Position numbers and translations under genes: made by a program
In this document: positions 52,228 to 63,185 of the stretch, piece by piece
How the letters are laid out: every line of letters starts with the position of its first letter
How positions within the stretch are numbered: position 1 is the stretch's first letter
Source of the DNA: Polyangiales bacterium
Lineage (GTDB): Bacteria; Myxococcota_A; Polyangia; Polyangiales; CBDCBC01
Reading direction: 5' to 3'
Assembly (NCBI GenBank): GCA_965214225.1
Contig: OZ243942.1
Span: 1,670,100-1,734,099, forward strand
DNA length: 64,000 bases
Notes under the pieces: generated by a model
The model's input: the letters and a program-made list of their open reading frames with translations, nothing else
What the model was told of the DNA's origin: nothing
Databases searched by the model: none

Positions 52228-53094
52228 TCACAAAAGCGTGACTTCGTCGACAGGCCTCTTCTTCCCAAAGAAGTAGGCGAGAATGATGGAGACAAAATAA
52301 AGCACAATCAGAGGAACTAGCATCAAACTCATCGAAGCCACGTCAGGCGGAGTGAGCAGCGCTGAAATAACGGCAGCTAGCACCACCCACCAGCGGGAGA
52401 AACGCAGAAGTTGCCGCCAATCAACCATGCCAGCAACGGCGAGAAAGGTGACGATGACGGGAACCTCGAAGACCACGCCAAAGGCAAGTAGCAGACGGGT
52501 GGCAAATGAAAGGTATTCGTCCACCATAAGGGTAGGCTGCAGGGTCAGGTTCGCCCCGGGAAGCTTGCCTGAGAAGCTGAGAAACGTTTCAAAGCCAAGC
52601 GGGAACACCACCAAGTAGCCAAAGAAGGATCCGCCCACGAAAAAGAGCGTCGAGGCGAGCACGAAGGGAATGGCCATGCGTTTCTCGTGGCGGTAGAGTC
52701 CCGGTGCAATGAACGCCCAGAGTTGGTAAAACATCCAGGGGCTTGCGAGTAGCGCACCTCCGATGAGCGACATCTTCAGGTAGGCAACCAGGGGGTGAAC
52801 AGGATTGGCGAAATGCAGGGAGGGCGTGGTGAGGCCGAGCTGCTTCCACGCCTGCTCAAGCGGCCGCACCAAGAGCGCTAACAAGCGCTCTTTGAAAAAC
52901 CAAGCGACGGCAATGCCAGGAATCAAGCCAAAGAACGCGTAGATCAAGCGCTTGCGCAGCTCCTCAAGGTGCTCGATGAAACTCATTTCCTTGTCGTCTT
53001 CGGGAACGTAGGCACCCTCGCCCGAGGGGTCCACGGCTGCTGCACGAACACGAAATGCCGGCCGTTCCTCTTCAGGCATCGCGCGAGGCTCCAT
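52228..53094 (-). CDS. tatC: twin-arginine translocase subunit TatC
   Basis: EHLEELRKRL, YQLWAFIAPGLY.HE, FGVVFEVP, TPPD; start may be 53079. Confidence 0.96.
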   Translation of the reverse strand: MEPRAMPEEERPAFRVRAAAVDPSGEGAYVPEDDKEMSFIEHLEELRKRLIYAFFGLIPGIAVAWFFKERLLALLVRPLEQAWKQLGLTTPSLHFANPVHPLVAYLKMSLIGGALLASPWMFYQLWAFIAPGLYRHEKRMAIPFVLASTLFFVGGSFFGYLVVFPLGFETFLSFSGKLPGANLTLQPTLMVDEYLSFATRLLLAFGVVFEVPVIVTFLAVAGMVDWRQLLRFSRWWVVLAAVISALLTPPDVASMSLMLVPLIVLYFVSIILAYFFGKKRPVDEVTLL

Positions 53095-53458
53095 CGTTCT
53101 CGTCGGCGGCTGTATCTGCAGCAGCAGGTGCATCTACGGCAGTCAGGTTCTTTATTGGATTGAGGTGCACAACCGGGCGCTGACTGTCTTCTGCGCCATC
53201 AGGCAGATCGTGGTCAATCGCTTCACTTCCAGGCTTGGGCCGTGACTCCGTGTCGGGATCTTTGGCAAGAGGCTTGCGCCAATCATCCTCCATCAGCTCG
53301 TCCCAGCCCACCGAGCGCTTCAAATCAAAGGTAGCTCGACGAAACTCGCGCGTCGCTCTTCCCACAGCCTTCATCAGCGTGGGGAGGCGCTGCGGTCCAA
53401 CCACAACCAAAAGCAGAACCGCAATGACGACAAACTCTCCGATTCCGATGCCAAACAT
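53072..53458 (-). CDS. tatB: twin-arginine translocase subunit TatB (TatA/B family)
   Basis: MFGIGIGEFVVIAVLLLVVVGPQRLP, adjacent to tatC. Confidence 0.88.
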   Translation of the reverse strand: MFGIGIGEFVVIAVLLLVVVGPQRLPTLMKAVGRATREFRRATFDLKRSVGWDELMEDDWRKPLAKDPDTESRPKPGSEAIDHDLPDGAEDSQRPVVHLNPIKNLTAVDAPAAADTAADENDGASRDA

Positions 53459-53592
53459 AAGTTTCAGTCTCAACTGCTGATGCGGCAAAGTGGGATTGAC
53501 CTGCCTTGCTCGCTGTCACTCGCCCAGTTGCGCGAAGGTCCTTATTAAGGCGGTATGACTCCGCATTCCTGATTTACTCCGCAGTTCCTAAT

Positions 53593-54408
53593 TTACTCCG
53601 CAGCTCCGCCGTGCTTTGTAGTAGCACCGTCGTCTGCCGTCGCACGGTCGTCTGCCGTCTCCGTACTAAGGGCCGAGTTACCACCCTCATCTTGCACGAG
53701 TCCGCATGCTTCAGCTACCCCGTCGCGGTAGGTAAGCCACCCCTTGAGTGCTTCAGTCATACCTACAACCACAGCTCCCCGGGAATCCTCTGGCACGTGC
53801 TCTAAAAGCACACGCCAGGCTGCCTGACGGTGACTTCCCTCCACCTGACGATGCGCCTTGGTCAGGGCGAGCGCTTCTAAGGGTAGTCCGTAGTGCACCA
53901 CCAGAGGGTGTTGCTCCAAAGGTGGCGCCGGGCGCTTAGCAGCGCCCTCCTCAATCTCACCTCGCTCGTGGGCAGTGCCCTCGATAAACACCGTCGTCAC
54001 GGCGGCGGCCACTGCCCAGCCGCGCTGCGTCGTCAGCTCATCAAGTGTGCTGCGATACTGCGCCGCGCCAGGTAAGAGTGCCACGTCGTCAAACCGAGAT
54101 AGGTCGTGACCGAGGCCCGCAGGGTAGCGAAGGAAAAGTTCCGGGTGCGGCTTTCCAGCCACAAGCCCGCCCGTTTCCTCTTCGTAGATGTTTTCCGCCA
54201 GCTCTTGCCGAACGACCGCGATGGGACACTGCACATATGCACGCGCCACAAGGACGGGAAAGTCACGCACATACGTTGCGTACTCCTGCTCGAAATGGAT
54301 ATGGAGCAAGTCGCGCGGAACCAGACCAGAGCCGAAGGCCGTCCACGCCCAATGTTGTTTGCGCTCCATGACGCCGAGGAGGTCTTCTTTGAAGTCGTCC
54401 GTGCTCAT
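53593..54408 (-). CDS. PqqC/CADD/TenA-like heme-oxygenase-fold redox protein
   Basis: YVRDFP, ENIYEEETG....HPELF, IEG, H...E..H metal-ligand pattern. Confidence 0.75.
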   Translation of the reverse strand: MSTDDFKEDLLGVMERKQHWAWTAFGSGLVPRDLLHIHFEQEYATYVRDFPVLVARAYVQCPIAVVRQELAENIYEEETGGLVAGKPHPELFLRYPAGLGHDLSRFDDVALLPGAAQYRSTLDELTTQRGWAVAAAVTTVFIEGTAHERGEIEEGAAKRPAPPLEQHPLVVHYGLPLEALALTKAHRQVEGSHRQAAWRVLLEHVPEDSRGAVVVGMTEALKGWLTYRDGVAEACGLVQDEGGNSALSTETADDRATADDGATTKHGGAAE

Positions 54409-54886
54409 TAGAAGGCAGAATAACACGAGGAGGACTGAGCGGGTTAACACATGCAACATTGGTAGGGCAAGACACGCAGTGGCAGACGCGGCGCTGCTTG
54501 CTTGCCCACCCGCTACTCTGGTTTTACGGATTCGACAGCGTTAACTGATGAGCTATGCCCACTGATGAGCTATGCCCACTGATAGGCTATGCAGTGGTGA
54601 CCTGTGCGGTGGTGAGCTATGCTCTCAATGAATTTTCGCGTTGCGGAGCGAGGGCGATTAGCTAAACGACTGAGATGTCTCGCGAGCGGCGATTGAGACA
54701 TCTCGTGAGCGTGTGGAGGGCGCCGAGGTTGCCGAAGCACGATGACTAAAGCTGCTCGGACCGGTCGACGATGTTTAAGGTCAATGTGTGAGAACGAGGC
54801 GAGGATGCACCCCGCACACTACACATCCTTCGGAAGGGCAGAACCATGACCTTAGAATCCGTCACCCGTGGCTTGATGGCCCTTTG

Positions 54887-56278
54887 ATGCATCGCCTGCT
54901 GAGCCTCACGCGCCTCCCCTTGGTGCTTCTTGTTTTTCTAGGCGCGTGGCAGCTTCCCTTCGAGGCGGACAATACCCGCAAGATGGCTGCGGTGTTCTTG
55001 GCGGTGGTCACCGCGTGGATTACTGAGGCCCTTCCAGTTCCGGTTACAGCGCTGCTTGTCGGGCCCCTACTCGTCTTCACGGGCTTAGCCTCACCGGCAG
55101 AGGCTTTCAGCCCTTATGCCGACCCGGTGCTCTTCATTTTCATTGGGGGATTTCTTCTCGCTCAATCCATGACGCTGCACGGTCTCGACCGGCGTGCAGC
55201 CGGATGGCTGCTGCGCTCTCCTTACCTAGCCCGTTCACCGCTCCTGATGCGAGCGGCCGTCGCCCTGACTGCCATGGCGCTCTCGATGTGGATCTCAAAC
55301 ACAGCGTCAGCTGCTGTACTTACCCCCATCGTCATCAGCGCAATTGATCATCAGGGAACATCATCTCAGCGCGGCGACACAGGAACGCTCTTGCTGATGG
55401 CTTATGCATGCTCGGTCGGTGGCATGGCGACCTTGGTAGGTACTCCGCCCAATGTGATTACCGTGCGATTCTTGAACAGCGCCGGGATCCGCTTTGGCTT
55501 TGTGCAGTGGTTGAGTGTGGGGCTTCCCATCGCGCTCAGTCTGATCGCAGTGCTCGTTCTATTCTTCCACTGGCGCGCACCTCCACCAAAGCCTACGCAA
55601 GCCGTGCAGGGGAAGGAGCGAACTAAGCCTCTTTCGCGCGCAGAGAAATACATCCTCTTCGCGTTTGCATCCGCCATCTTGGGTTGGATCGCACCTGCGG
55701 TTCTCCGCGCAGCTGGTTATCCGGCGCAAGCGACGCTGCTTCATCCGGGTGCGGTGGCGATTGCAGCCGCATCGTTATTGGCATTCTTTCGGACCGAGGA
55801 CCGGCAGCCGGTACTTCCTTGGTCCGAGGCGACACGCATCGACTGGGGCACCATCCTGCTCTTCGGTGGGGGCATCACGCTGGGGCTTCACGCGTTCAAG
55901 CACGGGTTGGTGGAATGGCTCAGCCAGCATATTCTGCAGGCCACTGGGGTGGATGATCTTTGGTCACTGACCCTTTTGGCAGCAGCTTTCACTACTGTCA
56001 TAACCGAGCTGTGTTCCAACGTCGCGGCCTCCAGCATGTTGGTGCCCCTCGTAATCGGCACAGCGCAGACTCTGGGCGTTTCGCCCATTCCGCCTGCGCT
56101 AGCAGTAGGCTTTGCAGCGAGCTGCGCATTTATGATGCCCATATCCACAGCACCCAACGCCATCGTCTACGCCACCGGGAGAGCGCCGATTCGGAGCATG
56201 CTGCTTTCGGGGCTGCCGCTCAACGTGATCTGCACGGGCATCGTTGTGTTGTGGCTGAGGCTCTTCTTCGGTCCCTGA
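54887..56278 (+). CDS. DASS/SLC13 family anion:sodium symporter
   Basis: WITEALP, LSMWISNTA, GGMATLVGTPPN, LFGGG, TELCSN, AFMMPISTAPNAIVY. Confidence 0.93.
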   Translation: MHRLLSLTRLPLVLLVFLGAWQLPFEADNTRKMAAVFLAVVTAWITEALPVPVTALLVGPLLVFTGLASPAEAFSPYADPVLFIFIGGFLLAQSMTLHGLDRRAAGWLLRSPYLARSPLLMRAAVALTAMALSMWISNTASAAVLTPIVISAIDHQGTSSQRGDTGTLLLMAYACSVGGMATLVGTPPNVITVRFLNSAGIRFGFVQWLSVGLPIALSLIAVLVLFFHWRAPPPKPTQAVQGKERTKPLSRAEKYILFAFASAILGWIAPAVLRAAGYPAQATLLHPGAVAIAAASLLAFFRTEDRQPVLPWSEATRIDWGTILLFGGGITLGLHAFKHGLVEWLSQHILQATGVDDLWSLTLLAAAFTTVITELCSNVAASSMLVPLVIGTAQTLGVSPIPPALAVGFAASCAFMMPISTAPNAIVYATGRAPIRSMLLSGLPLNVICTGIVVLWLRLFFGP

Positions 56279-56359
56279 ACGCGACGTGGCGCTGCCTTTG
56301 CTCCAGGGAAACGTCACTGTTGAGGCTCCGCCAGAAGCAGTGGCACGACGAGACGGTTC

Positions 56360-58645
56360 CTACTCCTTGTCGGGAACCGCTCCCTTCTCGTCTGAGGGTG
56401 ACGCCGAAGCAGCTAGCTCTGGATGAAGTGCGGGAAGCTTGCCCTGGGTCATCCAGCTGTAGATGCCGTAGGTTTGCAGCACGCGACGCGTGTAACGGCG
56501 CGTCTCCTTGTACGGGATGGTTTCAATCCACTCGTCCAGAGGTTTGTCGCCCCGCTCTTGTAGCCACCGATTGACCGCATTTGGACCTGCGTTGTAGGCG
56601 GCCGGCACAAGAGCCACCCGTCCGTCGTACTCGCGCATCAGCGCGCGGATGAAGTGTGACCCAATCCGCAAGTTGATGCGGGGCGTGTGCAAAGCTGCTC
56701 GGTCATAGGGCAAGCCCAGTTCAGATCCGTACCGCTTCGCTGTGGGTTGAATTAGCTGTATCAGGCCGTAGGCCAAAGCAGGCGATACGGCGTGCGGGTC
56801 AAACGAACTCTCTTCGCGCGCAACAGCACGCACAAACGCAGCAGGAACGTCTTCCTTTGCGGCGGTTTGTTCAATAAGAGGCTTGTACGCCTCGGGATAG
56901 GCCAGGCTCCAACGCAACCTCATCGCCTTCCGGGGCGGTTGCGCACGAAATTCCAGCCAGCGACGGCGTGTCTGCTGACACGCCACAGCGGAGTAATCGC
57001 GATGTGCAAGCAAGGCCACCGTCGGCCAAGGGTCCTCGGATAATAAGCCGTGAAACGCCAACTCCTTGAGCGCATAACTCTTCTCTCCTACCTGAAGTAA
57101 GTCGTCAGCTGCCTGATAAGGTTCGCTCTCCCAAAGCTGCAGCCACTCTTCTGGAAGACGCGCCGATCCCGCCGACCTCCATCCCGAGCGCAGAGCATCC
57201 GCTTGCTTTTGATCTATCTTGGCGAGTCTGGCCAAAGCCAGCTGCGCGTAGAAGCTAAGAGGCCAAGCTTGCGCTGCTTCCGAGTAGAGAGCGCTTGCCT
57301 GTTGCGTGCGTCCAAGGTCTTCGGCCGTACGCGCAGCCCAATAGGTGGACTGAGAAACGCGGGCTTCGTCACCATCCCCTCCACCATCAGCGGCGCTCCA
57401 AAGCGACAGCGCTTTGGTAAGCCGCCCTGCCTGGCGCGCCTCCCAAGCATGCACAAAGCGCGCTTCGGGCACCATGTCCCCCTGCGGAAACTCGCGGATG
57501 ACCCGATCGAGGAACTGTCTCTTCTTTTGAGGTTCATTAAGATCCCCGTAAAGCAAAGCCGACCGGTATACGGCATCGTCGGCCAACCGATGGTTGCGAT
57601 CGACTTTGACGATCTGGGCGTATTGTGCCAACGCCTCCTTGTTTTTTCCGATGGCGCCCAAAGCCCGTCCCGCATGAAAATGCGCCCACGCTTGCACGTC
57701 CTTGTCCTTACACTGCTTGGCCACCTCGATCATGTGCTGCGCACCCTCGGGGCGCTTGCGCTGACGGAGTATCGCGCGCCCTTGCTCGAGCTGAAGCTCG
57801 CATCGCGCTTGCTCCTCCTTGGCGCGGTCTGCCAATCCCGCATAGGCCTGTTCAGCCTCATGGTAGCGGTGCGCACGTAGGAGTGCGTCGGCCCGCACAC
57901 GCGCTTGCTCGTCGGTGAGGCCGTAGAGGGTTGACGCTTGTTCAGGCGATAGCGTCTTGAGCAACTTGATCCGAAGCGACTCCGCCTGACGCGAAGCGCG
58001 AGAAAAAGGAGACCGCGCCTCAATCCACTGGCACAACTCAATGGCCTCGCGTTGCTCGCTCTCGGTTCTCTCAGCCAACGCTTGCGCTAGCGCCTCAATG
58101 ACACTCAGCTTGGTCGCTTTGGGCCCGGCCGACGCGAGTTGGCGAAGTGCAGCAACGGCCTCGTCGGATTTGCCAGATAGTGCAAGCGCTTGGGCGTAGA
58201 CGACATCCACGCTATCAGCTGCTGCCCACTTCTTTGAGCTGAGCGGCTCCACGATCTCGAGGGCGCGGCTGTCACCGTCCTCAACTGCGAGCTCTCCAGC
58301 ACGGAGGCGAGCCCAGGAGGAAAGAGGCGCTTGAAGTTTGGCAATCCGCAAGAAGAGCTTTCGCGCACCTCTCAAGTCCTTCTTCTGCGTGAGCGCGCGC
58401 GCTTGAAGCCACAAGAGACGCGGGTCTTCAAGCTTTGAGAGCGGCGTCTCCATCTTCTTGAGCGCCTCGTCTGCCTTCTGCTGCTCTAAAAGAGTCCGGC
58501 TGACTTGAAGCACCTTGGCGTTGGGTGGAAGCTTTCGCCGAAACTGCGAGGCCCGCGTGGCAGAACGGCCGGGGCACGTCAGAAATAACAAGCAAAGAGC
58601 AAGAAGAGCTACCCGAGCAGAAAAGCTAGAAGCGGACGGTTCCAT
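56360..58645 (-). CDS. soluble lytic transglycosylase with TPR region
   Basis: AVAREESSF.P.AVS.A.AYGL.QL, AYNAGP, ETIPYKETR.Y. Confidence 0.92.
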   Translation of the reverse strand: MEPSASSFSARVALLALCLLFLTCPGRSATRASQFRRKLPPNAKVLQVSRTLLEQQKADEALKKMETPLSKLEDPRLLWLQARALTQKKDLRGARKLFLRIAKLQAPLSSWARLRAGELAVEDGDSRALEIVEPLSSKKWAAADSVDVVYAQALALSGKSDEAVAALRQLASAGPKATKLSVIEALAQALAERTESEQREAIELCQWIEARSPFSRASRQAESLRIKLLKTLSPEQASTLYGLTDEQARVRADALLRAHRYHEAEQAYAGLADRAKEEQARCELQLEQGRAILRQRKRPEGAQHMIEVAKQCKDKDVQAWAHFHAGRALGAIGKNKEALAQYAQIVKVDRNHRLADDAVYRSALLYGDLNEPQKKRQFLDRVIREFPQGDMVPEARFVHAWEARQAGRLTKALSLWSAADGGGDGDEARVSQSTYWAARTAEDLGRTQQASALYSEAAQAWPLSFYAQLALARLAKIDQKQADALRSGWRSAGSARLPEEWLQLWESEPYQAADDLLQVGEKSYALKELAFHGLLSEDPWPTVALLAHRDYSAVACQQTRRRWLEFRAQPPRKAMRLRWSLAYPEAYKPLIEQTAAKEDVPAAFVRAVAREESSFDPHAVSPALAYGLIQLIQPTAKRYGSELGLPYDRAALHTPRINLRIGSHFIRALMREYDGRVALVPAAYNAGPNAVNRWLQERGDKPLDEWIETIPYKETRRYTRRVLQTYGIYSWMTQGKLPALHPELAASASPSDEKGAVPDKE

Positions 58646-58989
58646 GGGCGTTGCGAAATCTATCAGGTGCGGGTTGAGTCGACATGCTCTCCGCTTGAAC
58701 GTTTCTGCGCTGGTAAGCCTACCATGAACCTCGTGGGTCGTCAGGCACGAGCAGGCGTGTTGTCGAGTCAGATGCAGCCTCTAAAGCCATACCGGGCAGG
58801 AAAGCGGAAGACCCGCGAGCATGCAAGACTATGAGGGGGGAAGAAACCGCACGCTAGAGCACCTGAAAGTGGATGATGGCTCAGCACAGCGGCCCCCCCC
58901 AACGGCGGCGGCCCTCCACCACAGCGGCCCCGTGGTGCCCTCCGTTGCCGCAGATGGCCGGGTTGGCTGGGGCGTGATAGCGTCTGCCG

Positions 58990-60549
58990 ATGAGTTACGC
59001 CTGGCACATCGGCATGCGTTACCTGCGCTCGAAAAAACGCTCAACAGTGTCCGTCATCACGCTTGTTGCTATTTCCGGTGTGGCTCTCGGAGTCGCTTCT
59101 CTCTTATGCGTCTTGGCTGTGACCTCGGGTTTTCAGGAGGCGTTTCGCGCTAAGGTGCTTGGAGTGAACGCGCATGTGCTTGTGCTCAAGTACGGCCTCG
59201 ACTTCACCGAGTACCGAGATGTGATGAAGAAGGCCGAGCGCATTGACGGGGTGGAGGGAGCTGCTCCCTTTCTGATTCAAGAGATGATGATCGCTAAGGA
59301 TGATCAACTTGCAGGTGTGCTTGTAAAGGGCATCGATCCCAAGCGTGCGGAGCGTGTGCTTGATCTACCCAACCAAGTGGTGTCCGGGAAGTTTGGCGGC
59401 CTGCGTCTTCCCAACGCCAAGCCGGCCAAGCCTTCCCTTCCTGAACTTGAGGAAGCAGGCGACGCTCTGTCGCCAACCCGCGCCCTAAGTCAACTGGGCG
59501 AGGCGTCAGAAGACGAGGCGTCAGAAGACGACGCCTCAGACAGGCTGGCCATTCCCAGTCTCGCCGAGGCTGAAGCGAGCCTGGAAGGCCTGCATGTCGC
59601 GCTGCCCGACGGAGACGCCGAAACAGCTGTGTTGGCTGACACATCTGGGCTGGCTGACACATCTGGGCTGGCTGACACATCTGGGCTGGCTGACACAGCC
59701 GCCCTGCCTGACACAGCCGCCCTGCCCACGTCCAATGCGACCCTCCCGAAGGTCGTCATCGGCGTGACACTTGCCGAGACGCTGCAAGCGGAGGTCGGTG
59801 ATCGTGTAAGTGTCATCTCGCCTCTGGCCGGCTTGGACCCTGCCCTCTGGGATCCGAATGGGGTGCGTCCGGCATCGCGTGAGTTTGAGGTCGCCGCGGT
59901 CTTTGAGGCGGGATTCCAGGAGTACGATTCGCGACTAGTCTACGCTGACCTCTACGAAGTGCAGGAGTTCTTCGAATACGGCGATACGGTGACTGGAGTG
60001 GAGCTTCGACTGCGTGACCTTAACCAAGCGAGGCACGTTTCGCGCTCGCTAGAGCGCCAACTGCGCGAGGGGCCATACCACACGCTCGACTGGCGTGAAC
60101 TGAATCGAAATCTATTCACCGCCCTTGAGATACAGCGCGTGATCCTCACACTCGTCATCGCCACCATTATACTGGTGGCCGCGTTCAACGTCGTGGCGAC
60201 CCTGATCATGCTGGTCCTCGAGAAACGTAAGGAGGTCGCTATCCTCAAAGCGATGGGCGCCAAAGACTCCACCGTACTGAGCATTTTCTTTCTGCAAGGT
60301 ACCGTGGTCGGCGTGGCAGGTACACTGGCCGGGCTCGTTCTGGGCGGCTTGGTCTGCGCCTACTTGGTCTCGGTGCAGCTTCCGCTCGACCCGAAGGTTT
60401 ACCTGATCGACCATTTGCCCTTGAAGATCACCGCTGTTGAGTTTGTTGCGACAGCTGCCATCGCCCTGACCATCTCCATGGCAGCAACCCTCATTCCGAG
60501 TTACTGGGCCGCCCGCACGCTTCCTGCCGAAGGCCTTCGCCCTCAATGA
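58990..60549 (+). CDS. lolE: lipoprotein-releasing ABC transporter permease (LolC/E family)
   Basis: RYLRSKK, GVALGV..L..VLAV..GF, DWRELN.NLF.AL, ILVAAFN, EVAILKAMGA. Confidence 0.85.
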   Translation: MSYAWHIGMRYLRSKKRSTVSVITLVAISGVALGVASLLCVLAVTSGFQEAFRAKVLGVNAHVLVLKYGLDFTEYRDVMKKAERIDGVEGAAPFLIQEMMIAKDDQLAGVLVKGIDPKRAERVLDLPNQVVSGKFGGLRLPNAKPAKPSLPELEEAGDALSPTRALSQLGEASEDEASEDDASDRLAIPSLAEAEASLEGLHVALPDGDAETAVLADTSGLADTSGLADTSGLADTAALPDTAALPTSNATLPKVVIGVTLAETLQAEVGDRVSVISPLAGLDPALWDPNGVRPASREFEVAAVFEAGFQEYDSRLVYADLYEVQEFFEYGDTVTGVELRLRDLNQARHVSRSLERQLREGPYHTLDWRELNRNLFTALEIQRVILTLVIATIILVAAFNVVATLIMLVLEKRKEVAILKAMGAKDSTVLSIFFLQGTVVGVAGTLAGLVLGGLVCAYLVSVQLPLDPKVYLIDHLPLKITAVEFVATAAIALTISMAATLIPSYWAARTLPAEGLRPQ

Positions 60550-60611
60550 GCTGGCGCATCTGACGGAAGCGTTCAGCCGTAGCAGGCAGATCATCTTTAG
60601 AGACAAGGAGG

Positions 60612-61847
60612 TCATTTGGAGCCGAGGCCGTAGGTAGACAGGCATTCGCTAAGCCCGTCAGGCAGAGCTGTGGCTTGCACATCCAGATGCTCTCGTAGGC
60701 GTGTTGGTGCGAGGTAGAGTGCCGTCCTCATATCCCCCTCTTGAACTAGCGAGCGCACCCGCGGAATGTCCTCCATCGTGAGTCTGCCGACGGCGAGATC
60801 CGCCAGAGTTGCTCGACCGCCCTTCAGGAGTGCGCGCACCTTGAGCCATCCACGCAGATAGCACACGTCACGCGGGAATCCTCCACCGCGATGCGCACGA
60901 GCCGCTATGTTGTACGCTCCTTCGAGTGGAAAGGCGAAGTCTCGCGTAAGGCTCCGCACCGTCTCAGAGAAGCTCGCGCCATCAAGCAGGCAACACACCG
61001 CAACGACGCGACCGGCAATTGTCCGCAACCGACGCTGACTAAGAAGCGCTGCATGCTCCTCCCACATAAGAGCTGTGCCCTCTTGCAGCTCAAACGAATC
61101 CGCCGATTCAAGACTCCAAAGCGCAGTTGGTTGGCGCAGCCCGTTGGTGTTGCACACCAGATGACCGGCTACTTCATGCACCGCTACCCGATAGGCCTCT
61201 TCCCGCGGGAGAATGGCCTCCGAAACAAGGATCATGCGGCCGCTAATCGCCGCCGATGACATCAGCGCAGATGTGGTCTTGCAAGCCACTGGAATGCCAA
61301 CTGCACGTCCCACGTGTCGCATCGTTACTGTAAGCTTTGCGCCTCGTGACCGTGACTGACCGGCAGGTGGACTGGTGGTGACAGCCAGAATGCGCAGCGC
61401 CAGACGCCGCAACTCTGGCTCAGGAAAGGCATTGTATAGCGATAAAGAGGCCGGTAGCAGCTGTCTCCTTCGGCCTACACACGCGCAAACCTCTATCTCG
61501 CGCTCAAGCACCTCCAGCTTACGCAGGTAAACCGACTTGAGCTTGTGGTAGCTCGCCCGTCTGCGCCCGAGCTTGATGAGACGGATGAGCGGCTTCCACT
61601 CAACAGGCTCACGGTATGTCCATTGAGGTTGCACCGATAACCCCTGCTGCAGACGCTTGAGCATCCGTAGCCGTTCCACGTCAGAGTTTAAGGGATGCAC
61701 CGCACGCAACACCTGAGTGCGGCTGCTGACGAAGCGAAGAACCTGGTCGAGCTGCCTCTGCTCTGCGGAAGCCGCCTCTCCGGCGCTAAAGAAGTCCCCA
61801 GCGCTAAAGAAGCTGGGTTGCGCGTTCAGCAAGCTCACTGCGTTCAC
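60612..61847 (-). CDS. DUF1704 family metallopeptidase (HExxxH, QEGxA)
   Basis: VHEVAGH, LQEGTA, HRGGGF.RD.CYLRG; true start uncertain. Confidence 0.75.
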   Translation of the reverse strand: MNAVSLLNAQPSFFSAGDFFSAGEAASAEQRQLDQVLRFVSSRTQVLRAVHPLNSDVERLRMLKRLQQGLSVQPQWTYREPVEWKPLIRLIKLGRRRASYHKLKSVYLRKLEVLEREIEVCACVGRRRQLLPASLSLYNAFPEPELRRLALRILAVTTSPPAGQSRSRGAKLTVTMRHVGRAVGIPVACKTTSALMSSAAISGRMILVSEAILPREEAYRVAVHEVAGHLVCNTNGLRQPTALWSLESADSFELQEGTALMWEEHAALLSQRRLRTIAGRVVAVCCLLDGASFSETVRSLTRDFAFPLEGAYNIAARAHRGGGFPRDVCYLRGWLKVRALLKGGRATLADLAVGRLTMEDIPRVRSLVQEGDMRTALYLAPTRLREHLDVQATALPDGLSECLSTYGLGSK

Positions 61848-63138
61848 CCCGCTTCATTAACACATGGGCGGCGATAGCCTCACCCTTAAAGCGCTCAGCG
61901 ACAACCGACAACCCATTGCTGGCCGCATCAACATACGGGTTATCGATCTGGTTTGGGTCGCCCGTCAGCACGATTTTTGTGTTCGATCCACAACGGGTGA
62001 TGACGGTTTTAACCTCGTGGGGAGTCAGGTTCTGGGCTTCGTCGACGATCAGATACTGGTTTGGCAACGAGCGACCTCGAATGTATGTCAGAGGCTCGAT
62101 CTCGATGGTTCCAGACGCCACCAGCTCCTCGTAGTTACGCCCCTCAAGCATGCGCCCTCGCCCAGTGGCGAAAATAAACTCGAGGTTGTCGAAGATTGGC
62201 TTCATCCAAGGGTTGAGCTTCTCCTCCATGCTGCCGGGGAGATACCCGATGTCGCGGCCCAGCGGGAAGATAGGACGTGAAACCACAAGCCGCGCGTAGG
62301 TCCCACTGTCGAGCACCTTCTTGAGACCCGCAGCCACGGCCAGCAAGGTCTTGCCAGTTCCCGCTTTTCCAAGCAGCGTGACGAGGTTGATGCGGTCATC
62401 AAGGAGCTGCGCCAGTGCGAACCGCTGCTCTAAGTTCCGCGGCTTTACTCCCCAAACACCTTCTTTCATGGGCTCGAGCGGCACGACACTCTTTTCCCTA
62501 GCGTCGTACCTGCCAACCGCGGTGTGGGAGCTTGAAACGCTGCTGCGCAATATCAACCCTGAGTTGGCTGGCGGAGCCTCGTCTAGTTCAAGCGCTTCGA
62601 GGGCGACGGAACTGCGTTGACCGAGCTGGTTGACCAACTCCTCACCCACCGTGATGTCTTCAAGTCCTTGAAAGGCCTCATCGATGCGTATCCGGGCACC
62701 TTCGTAGTTTTCAGCTTGTAGTCCGAGTGCATCGGCACGGATCCGAAGATTGCTGTCCATCGTGACGAAGACGGTTGGCACGCCAGCTGCGCGGTCACGA
62801 ATCTCGAGAGCAGTCCGTACAATCGCATTGTCCATGTACGAAGGATCGTTCGAGCGAGGCGAACCGAAACCATCTGCCGGAACCGCAACGAGAAGCTCCC
62901 CTTCGCTCTTCTCCAGCTTCACCCCCTTCTGCAGCGACCCTCCCGATCGATGACGGAGGTCGTCCAGATACCGTGCGAGGGTGCGCGCGTTACGCCCCCG
63001 TTCGCTCATCTCTTTTTTGAAGTGGTCGATCTCCTCGATGACGTGGATCGGAATGACAACCACGTGCTCCTCAAACTTAAAGATGGCCTGCGGGTCGTGT
63101 AGCAGGACGTTCGTGTCGAGGACGTAGTTCTTTCTCAA
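61804..63138 (-). CDS. phoH: PIN-PhoH (PhoH2/YlaK-like) protein
   Basis: YVLDTNVLLHDP, GKAGTGKT, IGYLPG, YIRGRS, DEAQN, TGDP.QID. Confidence 0.92.
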   Translation of the reverse strand: MRKNYVLDTNVLLHDPQAIFKFEEHVVVIPIHVIEEIDHFKKEMSERGRNARTLARYLDDLRHRSGGSLQKGVKLEKSEGELLVAVPADGFGSPRSNDPSYMDNAIVRTALEIRDRAAGVPTVFVTMDSNLRIRADALGLQAENYEGARIRIDEAFQGLEDITVGEELVNQLGQRSSVALEALELDEAPPANSGLILRSSVSSSHTAVGRYDAREKSVVPLEPMKEGVWGVKPRNLEQRFALAQLLDDRINLVTLLGKAGTGKTLLAVAAGLKKVLDSGTYARLVVSRPIFPLGRDIGYLPGSMEEKLNPWMKPIFDNLEFIFATGRGRMLEGRNYEELVASGTIEIEPLTYIRGRSLPNQYLIVDEAQNLTPHEVKTVITRCGSNTKIVLTGDPNQIDNPYVDAASNGLSVVAERFKGEAIAAHVLMKRGERSELAERATQLL

Positions 63139-63185
63139 CCTGTTACTCCTTGGCGCAATTCATTCGTTTTCGGCCGCTTCACCTG

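Noticed and set aside
54544-54600. Hammerhead ribozyme (CTGATGAG twice)
   Set aside because: It is part of a 17-bp tandem duplication; no matching GAAA core or three-stem arrangement was found
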